Virus record (IMG/VR): IMGVR_UViG_3300028361_000023
Location: 9,817-73,816 of that record
DNA: 64,000 nt
Source: a virus
Strand: one strand, 5' to 3'
The notes below the pieces were generated by a model. It was given only the letters and a program-made list of their open reading frames with translations. It was not told the origin of the DNA and made no database searches. Made by a program: the position numbers and the translations under genes. Each line of letters starts with the position of its first letter. Position 1 is the stretch's first letter. This document shows positions 47,256 to 57,540 of this stretch, piece by piece.

Positions 47256-48737
47256 ATGAACAATGCAAGATTGGTCTTTGGTCAAAACTTTGATTCCAAA
47301 GGACACACAAACGAAAATAGTTTAGCTGCTGCTAGACTAACTGAACCAGATAAGATTAACAAAACGTTAACTTATCTTCAAGGAAAAGATAGTGATAGAT
47401 TTCCGTTAACTTTCTTAACAGAAGGACAAACAAAAGGTAACAAAGGTATTGGTATTAATGATATTCAATATACTTGGGATTTTATTGAGCAAATGGATAA
47501 AGCTGACGGAGTTGTTAGTAGTAATTATACAATGACAAGTACACCGGGTAAGTCTGGTTCTGAAGTTGAAGTTACAATGAAAACTAGATGGCTTAAACAT
47601 CAACATACTGTTGTAGCTGAAAATGGAACTCGTGCTAGAATTGTTGCTATGCCTATTAAAGTAAGTAATGGTTGGTTATATAGATTTACTCTTAAATCTA
47701 TGAATTCTGAAGATTATATTGCTCCTTATTTATTACAAACTGGAGCTAAATGGGCAATGGAAGGTCCAGGTACTGTTTCTGAAAGTTTATCTCATGGTAA
47801 TGAAAGTAATATTGTTACTCCTGGTAAACTTACTAATCAGATAAGTGTATTAAGAAAATCTTATCATATTGCTGGTAATGTTGGTAATAAAGTAGTTGAA
47901 TGTTATTTACCTAAAAAAGGAGGAGGTAATAGTAAACTATGGATGCCTTTTGAAGAGTATCAACACGAAATGGTATGGAAACAACATTGTGAAGAACATT
48001 CTTGGTATTCTGAATATAACAGAGATAGTAAAGGAAGAATAACAGATATAGACGAAGAAACAGGTCTTCCTATTCCTGAAGGTGCTGGACTTATAGCTCA
48101 AATACCAAATCAAGATACTTATAGTTATCTTACTGCTGAAAAACTAGATAAAACAGTTTTATCTGTTATGTATGGTAGAAACGACGGTATTGGTGCTAGA
48201 GATATAGTTCTTTATACTGGTATTGGGGGGGAAAGAGAGTTTGATAGAGCACTTAAAGATAAAAGTGCAGGAGTTTCTCAAATAATCGGTGATAAATTTG
48301 TAACTGGTTCTGGTTCTACTCTTATGTATGGCGGTTACTTTAACGCATATAAAACCCGTGAAGGTAATAGAATAATTGTTAAACGTCTTGGTATTCTTGA
48401 CCACGGTAGTAGAGCAAAAGTTGCACCTAAACATCCCGAAACAGGTTTGCCTATAACTTCTTACAATATGTATTACGTAGATCAAACTGTATATGATGGA
48501 GTACCTAATATTAGAATGGTACACCAAAAAGGTAGAAGTCTTATAAGAGGTGTAGAACAAGGTATGGCTCTTAAAGGCGGAACTTCTTTTGCCGATTATG
48601 GAGGTAATGCGACCAATTTAAATCTTTCTACTGGTCAAGATAAAACTAGTATTCACTTCCTTAAAACAAGTGGAATACAACTTAATAGAAATTCTCATTG
48701 TTTTTCTTTAGAAATGGATATATCTATCGCAGTTTAA
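47256..48737 (+). CDS. Major capsid protein
   Basis: 493 aa with TNENSL, FPLTFLTEG, NQISVLRKS, GAGL..QI and LYTG.GG.REF motifs; followed by a strong terminator. Confidence 0.92.
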   Translation: MNNARLVFGQNFDSKGHTNENSLAAARLTEPDKINKTLTYLQGKDSDRFPLTFLTEGQTKGNKGIGINDIQYTWDFIEQMDKADGVVSSNYTMTSTPGKSGSEVEVTMKTRWLKHQHTVVAENGTRARIVAMPIKVSNGWLYRFTLKSMNSEDYIAPYLLQTGAKWAMEGPGTVSESLSHGNESNIVTPGKLTNQISVLRKSYHIAGNVGNKVVECYLPKKGGGNSKLWMPFEEYQHEMVWKQHCEEHSWYSEYNRDSKGRITDIDEETGLPIPEGAGLIAQIPNQDTYSYLTAEKLDKTVLSVMYGRNDGIGARDIVLYTGIGGEREFDRALKDKSAGVSQIIGDKFVTGSGSTLMYGGYFNAYKTREGNRIIVKRLGILDHGSRAKVAPKHPETGLPITSYNMYYVDQTVYDGVPNIRMVHQKGRSLIRGVEQGMALKGGTSFADYGGNATNLNLSTGQDKTSIHFLKTSGIQLNRNSHCFSLEMDISIAV

Positions 48738-48767
48738 TATAGTATTAACTATTATAATGTAAAAAGT

Positions 48768-48801
48768 AAAAAGTAGGAGAATTAATATCTCCTACTTTTT
48801 T
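48768..48801 (+). terminator. Rho-independent terminator after MCP
   Basis: AAAAAGTAGGAGA...TCTCCTACTTTTTT. Confidence 0.85.
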
Positions 48802-48833
48802 AAACTATAAACAAAAATAAATAAATAAATAAA

Positions 48834-49847
48834 ATGTCACAATATAAAATAAGTAAAAAAATATCTATAAAAAGAAAACCTGTTCCTACTCTTCCCGGAC
48901 TTACAGAAGATATGAGAACAAGAAAACTAGGTTCTGGTGTTACTAAACCTCCTTTAACTGAATTAGAAAAAATAAAGTATATGCCAACTTTAGTAGGCGT
49001 TGCTCACGATGCCGTTAATTTTGAAGAAGCTTGTCGTAATTATTTTGCAAATATTTCCGTTCCTGTTCCTTCTAATGAAGAAGGTGACGGTAAGGGTTTA
49101 GTTCTTGAAATAGGTTTTGAATATAAAGACGAAACAAGTTTCAAATCAAAAGACATTAGTATTAATTCAAAAAACATTAAAGACGGTACTTTTCCGTTAT
49201 CTGTACAAGATTACGTTCTTTGGAAACATTGCTTAGTGTATGGTCGTGTTGCTAAAGATTACAAAGATGCAGGTAAAAGTCCTAAAATTATGTTTTATAT
49301 GCAAGACGATGAAGTAATCAAAAAAGCTAAATTAATTAAAAGTAAAAACACTACTACTGCAATGGCTAAAGCTGCTGGAATATTAGGAGACACTATTAAG
49401 AAAAAATATATAGTTTCTGTAGCTACTCAAATGCTTAATTCTAATGAATTTGATACAATTAAACCATTAGATCAATTAGATGATGATGATTTAGATTTGC
49501 TTATATTAGCTGAACTTGCTCCTAAACATCCTCTTATGTTTATAGAAATAACACAAGATAAAGAACTTGAATTTAAGTTTTTGCTTACTATGGCTATAAA
49601 TAAAGGTATAGTAAAAAGACTTTCTAATGGGAGTACTTTAGTTTATGAATCTAAAACAGGTCAAACGATTTTAGGTAGTGATTTGCAAGAAGCTATTATT
49701 ACATTAAGAAAAGATGAAAAAGGTGTTTTATTTACTGAAATTAAATCTGAATTAGTTCTTAAATATGGTGTTAAAGAAGTTTCAAATATAAAATTACACA
49801 CTGCTACTGTTGCAACTAACGAAGCTACGGTAACCACTAAACTTTAA
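48834..49847 (+). CDS. Conserved crAss-like protein downstream of MCP
   Basis: 337 aa; gene position and the P....DY....CL....VA pattern. Confidence 0.65.
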   Translation: MSQYKISKKISIKRKPVPTLPGLTEDMRTRKLGSGVTKPPLTELEKIKYMPTLVGVAHDAVNFEEACRNYFANISVPVPSNEEGDGKGLVLEIGFEYKDETSFKSKDISINSKNIKDGTFPLSVQDYVLWKHCLVYGRVAKDYKDAGKSPKIMFYMQDDEVIKKAKLIKSKNTTTAMAKAAGILGDTIKKKYIVSVATQMLNSNEFDTIKPLDQLDDDDLDLLILAELAPKHPLMFIEITQDKELEFKFLLTMAINKGIVKRLSNGSTLVYESKTGQTILGSDLQEAIITLRKDEKGVLFTEIKSELVLKYGVKEVSNIKLHTATVATNEATVTTKL

Positions 49848-49851
49848 ATAA

Positions 49852-50922
49852 ATGACAATACAAGAAGTACATGTAAAAATAGATTTACATCTTCAAGAAT
49901 TAAATTCAAATGTATATGGAAATGTCCTTCCCGAAGAGAAGGACATTTTTCTTAACGAACAAATTTTAGAATTTTTTAGAGATAACGAAGATGAAGATAG
50001 TAATAAACTAAGAGAAAATTTTCAAGCTACTCAAAAACGTTACGACAATGTAAAAGAACTTATAGTTGAAAACACTTTACCTTTATATGTTAGAGATAGT
50101 GTTTCTATGTATTGTACTCTTCCAGAAGATTATTTACGTTTAGTGAGTGATGCTACTATTTTAAAATGTAGTACTTATAAAGATGTTAACTTAACAGAAA
50201 AAAAGGAATATGTTTATGGTTTTGAATTAAAAGAATTTGTAAATAACGCTGGAAATTATTTTACTGGTTTATTTATATATATATTAGCACAAGGTACTGA
50301 TTTTGCCTTAAATACTTTTCCTCATTATACTGGTGGATTTAAGTCTTTTAAAGAGGCTTTTATACTATATGATTTAATTTACGAAGAGTTAAATAAAGTT
50401 AACAGAAATAAAGATAACACTAAAACAAAATATAAAGTTTATAAAGAATGGTATAACGGTAAATATTATGGAACTAAATTACTTTTTGTTAGTGAAACTC
50501 CTATGGCTATTTATTACAGCATTATTGCTGAAGCAAATGTACAAATGGAATTACTAGAAACTATAACAGCTAATCAACCTGATGTAACGACTAATTTAGA
50601 AGTTGAAAATAGACTAACTGCAACAGAAGACGTAAGAAATGTTTTAAATTCTAATTTTAGAACTACTGTTCATACAAGTCCTATTAGTGAACTACAACAA
50701 GATAGATTAATCGTACATCACGAAAAAAAGTTTATACCAAAAGAACTAAAAATTAAGTACATTAAAAGACCAAATTTTGTTAGCTTATATTTGAATAGAA
50801 ATACGGACTTAAACAGTAATGTATTAGGAATGATAGCTAAAAGAACTGCTGAAAGAATTGCAGTTGTTAAAGGTAATACTACAAGTAACGCTATTGTTCA
50901 ACACAATAATACTATAGAATAA
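49852..50922 (+). CDS. Head-tail ring/adaptor protein
   Basis: LPEEKD.FLN, LPEDY and YIKRP patterns of crAss ring proteins. Confidence 0.65.
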   Translation: MTIQEVHVKIDLHLQELNSNVYGNVLPEEKDIFLNEQILEFFRDNEDEDSNKLRENFQATQKRYDNVKELIVENTLPLYVRDSVSMYCTLPEDYLRLVSDATILKCSTYKDVNLTEKKEYVYGFELKEFVNNAGNYFTGLFIYILAQGTDFALNTFPHYTGGFKSFKEAFILYDLIYEELNKVNRNKDNTKTKYKVYKEWYNGKYYGTKLLFVSETPMAIYYSIIAEANVQMELLETITANQPDVTTNLEVENRLTATEDVRNVLNSNFRTTVHTSPISELQQDRLIVHHEKKFIPKELKIKYIKRPNFVSLYLNRNTDLNSNVLGMIAKRTAERIAVVKGNTTSNAIVQHNNTIE

Positions 50923-50944
50923 AAATTTAAAATAAATAAAAAAA

Positions 50945-51973
50945 ATGATTGGAATGCAATTAATCGGACAAGACAAAGCTTATTTAGCTAAACGTGGCGG
51001 TGGGGTTATCGCTAATGTTAATGAAATTAATCAATTAGATGCTGGTGCAGTTGCTATAATTGATGGTCAAAAATTAATAAATACTGTTGCAGCTTTAGCA
51101 GATTCTAAATCTGTACAAATAGCTGTAGGTTCTAGTACGCAAGAATTAGGTGCTGTTTTATCTAAAAGAATAGAACGTCAAAGTAGCGATTTTAAAGAAA
51201 ATTATTCTTTTAAAGCTTATGCTGCTCCTCGATCTGAAGTTTTATATATAGGAGATAACGGAGACAATCTTACTGATATTGTTTTACCTATTAGTTTACT
51301 TGTAGGAGAAGAAGTTTCAGCAACTATAAGAGATACTAGTAACAATACTATACCTGAAGGTGTAATTAAAACCGCTAATTATAGTATTAAAAATGGTGAC
51401 ACTAAAGGAACAGTTATAAACGGTTTAGTTGCCGCTATAAACAAATTAAACATGGGAGTAGCTACGGCTATTACACCTACAACAGCTAATGCTGGTATTA
51501 AATTTGTCGGAGCTAAAGTAGGAGTTAGGTATAAAATTAATTTAGGTGGTCTTTTAGTAGGTACATCTATGTTTAGTAAATTTAACGAAGCTGGATCTGT
51601 TATTACAACAGCAAATGCTCCTGTTGCTCCTTTTATAGGAACCGGAACTTATGAATTAATTAAAGAACAAGCTAATTATCTTTCTACAGTGTTTGGAGAT
51701 ACTAGTAGGAATATGTTAAGAGAAGAGTTGTTTAATTCTAAAGACGCAATTAATGACGCTGTATTTGGTACTAATTATGATACTTTTACTTTTAATTATT
51801 CTTTATCTGGTTATTATACAACAACTACTCGTTCAAGTGTTCCGCAATTTTTTCAATTAGTAATACCAACTGGTGTTGCTGTTGTTTCTGTTTTGCAAGG
51901 TTTATTTTTAGGAGTTGTTGCTGAATCTCAAGCTAGTGAAACTGGTGAAGCAGAAGAAGCTGAAAACGCTTAA
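50945..51973 (+). CDS. Abundant virion protein (auxiliary capsid protein candidate)
   Basis: Ala/Gly/Thr-rich 342 aa protein followed by a terminator; gene position. Confidence 0.55.
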   Translation: MIGMQLIGQDKAYLAKRGGGVIANVNEINQLDAGAVAIIDGQKLINTVAALADSKSVQIAVGSSTQELGAVLSKRIERQSSDFKENYSFKAYAAPRSEVLYIGDNGDNLTDIVLPISLLVGEEVSATIRDTSNNTIPEGVIKTANYSIKNGDTKGTVINGLVAAINKLNMGVATAITPTTANAGIKFVGAKVGVRYKINLGGLLVGTSMFSKFNEAGSVITTANAPVAPFIGTGTYELIKEQANYLSTVFGDTSRNMLREELFNSKDAINDAVFGTNYDTFTFNYSLSGYYTTTTRSSVPQFFQLVIPTGVAVVSVLQGLFLGVVAESQASETGEAEEAENA

Positions 51974-51993
51974 TTTAATATAGTTAAATTTTA

Positions 51994-52031
51994 AAATCAA
52001 AGGAACTACTAAGTAATAGTTCCTTTGATTT
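51994..52031 (+). terminator. Rho-independent terminator
   Basis: AAATCAAAGGAACTA...TAGTTCCTTTGATTT. Confidence 0.8.
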
Positions 52032-52038
52032 ATATATT

Positions 52039-52575
52039 ATGAATTTATTAGAAGTAGTTTATATAGAAAATAATAGTTATACTTTAACTAATTTAAGTAG
52101 TACAAATAGTATTAACGTTGTTATAAACAAACTAGATACAACTACTTATTCTAATTTTAGTTTAAAAGAAACTATAATCCTTAGTAGTAGTCAAAAACTA
52201 ACTTACACGTTTGAAGAAGATGGTTTATATCAAATTATATATTCTGGTACTTCAGTTAATTATATTATTACTACTTTTGCTGATTCAAACTTTAAACAAT
52301 GTTTAAATTTAATAACTACGAAAGTAATTTGTGAAGACAACATAAGATGTGATGATATTACTAATTTTAATAGTTTAAGTTTTACTTCTGAATTTTTATA
52401 TAATTTATTAGGAGATAATATAATTAAAAATACAGTAACAACAACAACAGCACCTAATGTATTTTATACAGCAATAGAACCTGTATTTTATGATATTTCT
52501 ATTGCTGAAAAATTAATAAAAAAATTAAACCATTATTGTGCTGTTTTAAAAAATGATAATTGTAATTCATGTTAA
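52039..52575 (+). CDS. Putative tail structural protein
   Basis: Cys-rich C-terminus (NCNSC) in the structural block. Confidence 0.5.
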   Translation: MNLLEVVYIENNSYTLTNLSSTNSINVVINKLDTTTYSNFSLKETIILSSSQKLTYTFEEDGLYQIIYSGTSVNYIITTFADSNFKQCLNLITTKVICEDNIRCDDITNFNSLSFTSEFLYNLLGDNIIKNTVTTTTAPNVFYTAIEPVFYDISIAEKLIKKLNHYCAVLKNDNCNSC

Positions 52576-52907
52576 TATTTAAAGATAATAAAGATTATTC
52601 TTCTCTATTTTTACTTAATAAAAGTGTTTTAGAACTTACAATTAATGATATATATAAAAGCGAAGAGATAAACGAAACTGCTTGTGTAAATTTAACTAAT
52701 AAATTTATTTACTATTATGCAGCTTTTATAAAAGCTAAACTTATTAAAGATTACTTAAATGTACCTTTAGATAATGTTTACCATACACCAATTTATGATA
52801 GTAGTGATTGGAAAGAAAAATTTAACTATCATAGTTTTAAATCTTGTTTATTTTGCAAAAATATAGATTTTGATAAAATACTAAACCAAATAGAATATGA
52901 CATTTAA
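52569..52907 (+). CDS. Hypothetical (structural block)
   Basis: 112 aa ORF. Confidence 0.6.
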   Translation: MLIFKDNKDYSSLFLLNKSVLELTINDIYKSEEINETACVNLTNKFIYYYAAFIKAKLIKDYLNVPLDNVYHTPIYDSSDWKEKFNYHSFKSCLFCKNIDFDKILNQIEYDI

Positions 52908-54552
52908 TCAACCAAAAACAATAGACGAACTAAAAAGCCAAATAACACAATTAATGTTTGGTTTAACTAGAAATAATAGTAAAAGAAATGAAAACATTCA
53001 AAAAAACACAGAAATAGCTCATCTATTATGTTCTTTAGCTGAATTAACACAAACAAGTGGTTATGCTACTTCTAATAATTTTTTAAAGATCAAAAATGAT
53101 ATAGATAATAAAAACTTAAAAATAGGAAAATGGTATTTATTATCTGATTATAGAACAGTACATTTAATACCTTTTACTAGTGTTTTAAATATTAATAATA
53201 ATGAACAAATAGAAGTAAATAACGAACCTTTACTTCTTCAAGCTATTTCTACAGATTCTTTTGCAAAAGAAGCAATAAGTTTACTTTATCCACAAGATAC
53301 TATTCATTATACTATTAATAGCGATTGGTGGGGAAATTTAAAAAGCGATCAAAGTAAAGGTGCTATAACATACAGACACATTCCTACGCAACCTAGTAAC
53401 TCTACTAGAGGATATAGTAATGTAAAATGTAATTATGATTTTGTAAATGTCTTTATGAGAAGATGGGCAAAAGATAATTCAAACCTACATAATGTACCTG
53501 ATGCTTACGTTTTATGGGATACTTCTGTAACTTGTGGAAGTAATGGTATAGCAAGAACTACTTTTGTAGCTAAAAGTCCAACTGATTTTAAAGATGTAAA
53601 AACTTTTAACAACACTTCTAAAGAAGGAACAGTTTGGTCTACTGCTGATATAACTATAGGAGAAACAATTTGGTGGCAAAATGGTTTTAGAGCTAATCCT
53701 TTACCCAATATTGTTTTTAATCAGTATGCTAAAGATATTAGAATATTAGCTTGTCAAAATATAACTATTGACGCACCTGTAAACCATTTATATACGGTTA
53801 ATAGAGCTTTTAATACTATATTTAATAGAAATTCTTCTAATTTTGATATTAGAATAACGGGTACTGATGTAGCAATAAATCAGTGTTTTTTCACTTTTCC
53901 ACCTTTAATATCTGGTTTTCTTAGTAATACAACACTTGAAACATCTCCTAATAGTTCTAAAAATCTATATACACCCGCATTAGAATTTTCAAATTTAACC
54001 CTTTGTAATTTTAAAGTTAATTTAATTGCAGGTAATAATATAGAAGGTTTTGTAAAAGGTTGTAAAACTGTATATGGAGAAATTGCTGGACAACAGTATT
54101 TATATTTTATAAATATAGATCAATTAGAACCTAATACTCATAATTATAATGGGGCTGATGCTCCTATAAATTTAAATATACAGTTAGACAAAAAAATAAA
54201 CTATATAAAAGGAGTATTTTCTTCTTTAGAAACTAACGTAGATTACGCTAATATTAGTAATTCTTATTTACAAACTAATACACCTCATACTGCTTCTATT
54301 CCTATTACTTTAAATGGAACTATTAATATAACAAATGCAGGTACCGGAAATACAATTAACAGACTATTAAAACATGGTACAATGAATCATCCTATTTATA
54401 TAAGACCTACAACTGCTGCAAGCAATTTAATTATTGCACCTAATAATGTTGATTATGGGTTTATAGGTGTTTCTAGAACTATTACTGCTGCAAGTGGTGA
54501 TGCAGTTAAATTAGAATGGATAAATCAAATGAAAAGATGGAAAATAACTTAA
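52897..54552 (+). CDS. Putative tail fibre/spike protein
   Basis: LKIGKWYLLSDYRT motif and an Asn/Thr/Ile-rich beta-type C-terminal half. Confidence 0.55.
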   Translation: MTFNQPKTIDELKSQITQLMFGLTRNNSKRNENIQKNTEIAHLLCSLAELTQTSGYATSNNFLKIKNDIDNKNLKIGKWYLLSDYRTVHLIPFTSVLNINNNEQIEVNNEPLLLQAISTDSFAKEAISLLYPQDTIHYTINSDWWGNLKSDQSKGAITYRHIPTQPSNSTRGYSNVKCNYDFVNVFMRRWAKDNSNLHNVPDAYVLWDTSVTCGSNGIARTTFVAKSPTDFKDVKTFNNTSKEGTVWSTADITIGETIWWQNGFRANPLPNIVFNQYAKDIRILACQNITIDAPVNHLYTVNRAFNTIFNRNSSNFDIRITGTDVAINQCFFTFPPLISGFLSNTTLETSPNSSKNLYTPALEFSNLTLCNFKVNLIAGNNIEGFVKGCKTVYGEIAGQQYLYFINIDQLEPNTHNYNGADAPINLNIQLDKKINYIKGVFSSLETNVDYANISNSYLQTNTPHTASIPITLNGTINITNAGTGNTINRLLKHGTMNHPIYIRPTTAASNLIIAPNNVDYGFIGVSRTITAASGDAVKLEWINQMKRWKIT

Positions 54553-54573
54553 AAGATGGAAAATAACTTAAAA
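54532..54573. repeat. 19-bp tandem duplication at a gene junction
   Basis: AAAAGATGGAAAATAACTT twice, followed by AAAA. Confidence 0.9.
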
Positions 54574-54948
54574 ACAATTATGATAGCTAAAGTATTTAAA
54601 GAAAATAATCAAATTTTTGAAATATTTAATTCGATAATAGAAAATACAGAATTAAAACTAACTACACTTAGTATTATTGAACGTTTACCTTTTGTAAATT
54701 ACAAAGATGAAGATTTATTAGATAATAATAAAGTAAAAATAATTTCTGTAGATGATACACTATTAAAAAATAGAAATTATTATTTAATCGAATTTAAACT
54801 AAATAAAAATGAAAATGAGCAAACAATATCAGACATTAAAATAGGAGATAAAACTATTAAAGGTACTACAAAAATAGATAAAGATATATATACTGCCTTA
54901 GATAGAAATTCTCTTTACTTTGTAAATGAAAAATTAACCATTATTTAA
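54556..54948 (+). CDS. Hypothetical protein
   Basis: 130 aa ORF. Confidence 0.65.
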   Translation: MENNLKTIMIAKVFKENNQIFEIFNSIIENTELKLTTLSIIERLPFVNYKDEDLLDNNKVKIISVDDTLLKNRNYYLIEFKLNKNENEQTISDIKIGDKTIKGTTKIDKDIYTALDRNSLYFVNEKLTII

Positions 54949-55319
54949 TGATAAATTTTTATCAATTATTAAACTTAGATATAAAAAAAACAGAAAATAT
55001 ACCTTTTAAACGTTTGTTTTTTCTCCCTATGAATAAAGAAATACATTTTGACAAAGGTATTATAGGAGAAAAAATCAAACAAACTGATGTTGAAATTTCT
55101 TTTAGAATGTTTATGAAAAAAGGCAGTAAATTTACTGCTCATTATCATAAAGATTGTACTGAAACAATATTGATTTATAAAGGAGCATTATTAGCTGTAG
55201 AATTAAATCAAAAAATAACCCCAAATTATTATTTAAAATTATCAAAAGGAGCAAAAAATACACACACAATATTAGCATTAGAAGATACTACTTTTTATGT
55301 TGAATTTTTAAAAGAATAA
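54948..55319 (+). CDS. Cupin-domain protein
   Basis: KGSKFTAHYHKDCTETILIYKG (HxH...E) and NTHTILALEDT motifs. Confidence 0.75.
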   Translation: MINFYQLLNLDIKKTENIPFKRLFFLPMNKEIHFDKGIIGEKIKQTDVEISFRMFMKKGSKFTAHYHKDCTETILIYKGALLAVELNQKITPNYYLKLSKGAKNTHTILALEDTTFYVEFLKE

Positions 55320-55323
55320 AATT

Positions 55324-55671
55324 TTGATAGAATTTATAAAAGAAAATTTTGACAGAATAATGGTTTTTGTAGGACCGATACTTACTTGGTTTATAATAAC
55401 AAAACCACATCAAAAAACAGATTTAAAAACTAAAGAAACACTTACACAAATGACCCAAACTGATGTAGTTGCAAAAAATTTAAAAATATATCAAACTTTA
55501 ATAGATGATATTGATGCTCAACATGAAAAAAGATATAAAGAAATAAAAAAACAACATCAAATAGAAATCATAGAAATTACTAAAAAACATCATAAAGTTT
55601 TACAAGAATTACATGACGAGTATAAAAACGAAATAAATAAACTAAGACAACTAATAAATAAAGAATTATGA
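55324..55671 (+). CDS. N-terminal TM plus coiled-coil protein (holin/antiholin candidate)
   Basis: One TM helix followed by a coiled coil; directly precedes the endolysin. Confidence 0.55.
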   Translation: MIEFIKENFDRIMVFVGPILTWFIITKPHQKTDLKTKETLTQMTQTDVVAKNLKIYQTLIDDIDAQHEKRYKEIKKQHQIEIIEITKKHHKVLQELHDEYKNEINKLRQLINKEL

Positions 55672-56648
55672 CTAAAGAATTTTTATTTAAAAGAGTACCT
55701 GCTTACATAACTTGTTTACCTATACTTATTATAAGTATAGGTCATTTGTATTTTAACAGAGAAGTTAATGATATGATTTTATATGATTTAGCTACATTAG
55801 CTGCTACCCTTTTTATATATCCTAGAGTTAGATTAAATGGATATGAACAAAGTCATTTGCTTGTTAAAAATATATTTTCTTATGTTCTTTTAGTAGTTAT
55901 AATAATACCAGCAAGTTTACTAGATTTCCTAAGTATTAAAGACGTTTCTGAAGGTTTTTTTACTATAATGACAGGAATAACTGCTGCTGTATTTGGTCTT
56001 AGTAAGTTAAATATAAGTAGAGATAGTGTTAAATTTGCTATAGGAAGTATTACCGATTTACAAAAAGAATACAAAACTAAAAAAAGTACAAATGATTTAG
56101 AAATTTTAAAACTAACAGAAAAAGATAAAAATAGTACAAATTTACCCGATGAATTAATAGATATAAAAAAGTACAATTTAAAAACATTAGCACAAGCGTC
56201 TTCTATTTTTGTTGGAGTTAAAGAAATTTCTGGAAATAAACATAACGCTATTATATTACAATTTGGTAAATGGGCAGGAGTTGATTGGTATCTAAAAGAC
56301 GAAACTCCGTGGTGTGCTGTTTTTGTAAATGCTATGAGATATGTAATAGGTAAAGATACAAATAAATCTGCTTTAGCTAAAAGTTTTTTAGATGAAGGAA
56401 TTAAAGTTAGTTGGAAAGAAGTACAACAAGACACTACTAATGTAATTTTAGTTTACCATAGAGGTACTTCTATAAATAGTTATAAAGGTCACGTTGATGT
56501 TTTAGAAAGTGTAGAAAATGAAACTTTAAATTTAATATCTGCAAATATTTCAAATAGTGTTTTACGAAAATCAATAAATTATAATGATTTAATGAGTAAA
56601 ACTATAAAAGACGGAACTAGAGAATTTATAGAATTTAGAAGATTATAA
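55668..56648 (+). CDS. Multi-TM protein fused to a TIGR02594/NlpC-P60-like peptidoglycan hydrolase
   Basis: About 4 hydrophobic helices in aa 10-112, then GVKEISG, DETPWCAVFVN (Cys), ALAKSF and GHV (His). Confidence 0.8.
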   Translation: MTKEFLFKRVPAYITCLPILIISIGHLYFNREVNDMILYDLATLAATLFIYPRVRLNGYEQSHLLVKNIFSYVLLVVIIIPASLLDFLSIKDVSEGFFTIMTGITAAVFGLSKLNISRDSVKFAIGSITDLQKEYKTKKSTNDLEILKLTEKDKNSTNLPDELIDIKKYNLKTLAQASSIFVGVKEISGNKHNAIILQFGKWAGVDWYLKDETPWCAVFVNAMRYVIGKDTNKSALAKSFLDEGIKVSWKEVQQDTTNVILVYHRGTSINSYKGHVDVLESVENETLNLISANISNSVLRKSINYNDLMSKTIKDGTREFIEFRRL

Positions 56649-56649
56649 A

Positions 56650-57540
56650 ATGAAAACAACGAAAAAAAACGTTTGTATTGTGGGCGGTGGCGGTTCTAAA
56701 GGAGCTTTTAATGTCGGTTACGTTTGTACCTTAAAACCCACCTATACTCATTATTTCGCTACTTCTACTGGTGCTTTAATGGTGCCATTAATGGCTTTAG
56801 AAAAATGGAAACAATTAGAAAATTTGTATATAAATATTTCTGATAAAGATATGGGATTAGATAAACTTAATAACAGAAGTAGTTTTTATATCTTATTTTT
56901 ATTTTTAAGAAAAGTAATAACTAAAAAAACAGGTTTAACTAATTATGGAAAAGTTTTAGAAAGCAAACTTCGTGAAAATTATTCGCAAACAGAACACGAA
57001 TTATTAGTAAAAAAAAATATAGAAATAAGAGTAACTACTACTTGTTTAAGTCATACTAAAGATAAAGTAAGTTATCATAGTAATCTAACTACGGATTATG
57101 AAAAATTTATAAAAGCTATAATTGCTTCTGCTTCTGTACCTTTAATAGCTGAATTAGTTCAAGTTAACGATCATGAATGGGATGCTGACGGTGGAATAAG
57201 AGAAACAGTACCTACTGAACCTTTAATAAAAGAAAAATTTGACGTTATAGATTTGTATTTAAGTTATCCTAAAGTAAAAAAAATTTTTACAAATAAAACT
57301 AAAAACATAGTAATGACTTTAGTTCAAGTGATAAAAGTATTACACGAAGAAGTAACTAAAAATGACCTTGATGTTCTTATACAAAAAAATATTATTCCTA
57401 ATAAAGTAATAAGACCTTCATATACGTTAACAACTAATGCTTTATCTTTTAATAAAGACAAAATGCAAAAGTGGTTTAATATGGGAAAAGAATTAGCTTT
57501 AACAGAAGTTAACTTTAAGAAAATAAAAAATGTTAAATAA
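56650..57540 (+). CDS. Patatin-like phospholipase
   Basis: GGGGSKGAF oxyanion loop, ATSTG nucleophile elbow, ASASVP and DGG. Confidence 0.9.
   Translation: MKTTKKNVCIVGGGGSKGAFNVGYVCTLKPTYTHYFATSTGALMVPLMALEKWKQLENLYINISDKDMGLDKLNNRSSFYILFLFLRKVITKKTGLTNYGKVLESKLRENYSQTEHELLVKKNIEIRVTTTCLSHTKDKVSYHSNLTTDYEKFIKAIIASASVPLIAELVQVNDHEWDADGGIRETVPTEPLIKEKFDVIDLYLSYPKVKKIFTNKTKNIVMTLVQVIKVLHEEVTKNDLDVLIQKNIIPNKVIRPSYTLTTNALSFNKDKMQKWFNMGKELALTEVNFKKIKNVK

Noticed and set aside
26345-48737. Introns or inteins in PolA, TerL, portal or MCP
   Set aside because: The ORFs are continuous and of normal length, with no intein or homing-endonuclease motifs seen.
56650-57540. CBASS operon suggested by the patatin
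   Set aside because: There is no CD-NTase or Cap2/Cap3 nearby; the context is lysis and structural genes.
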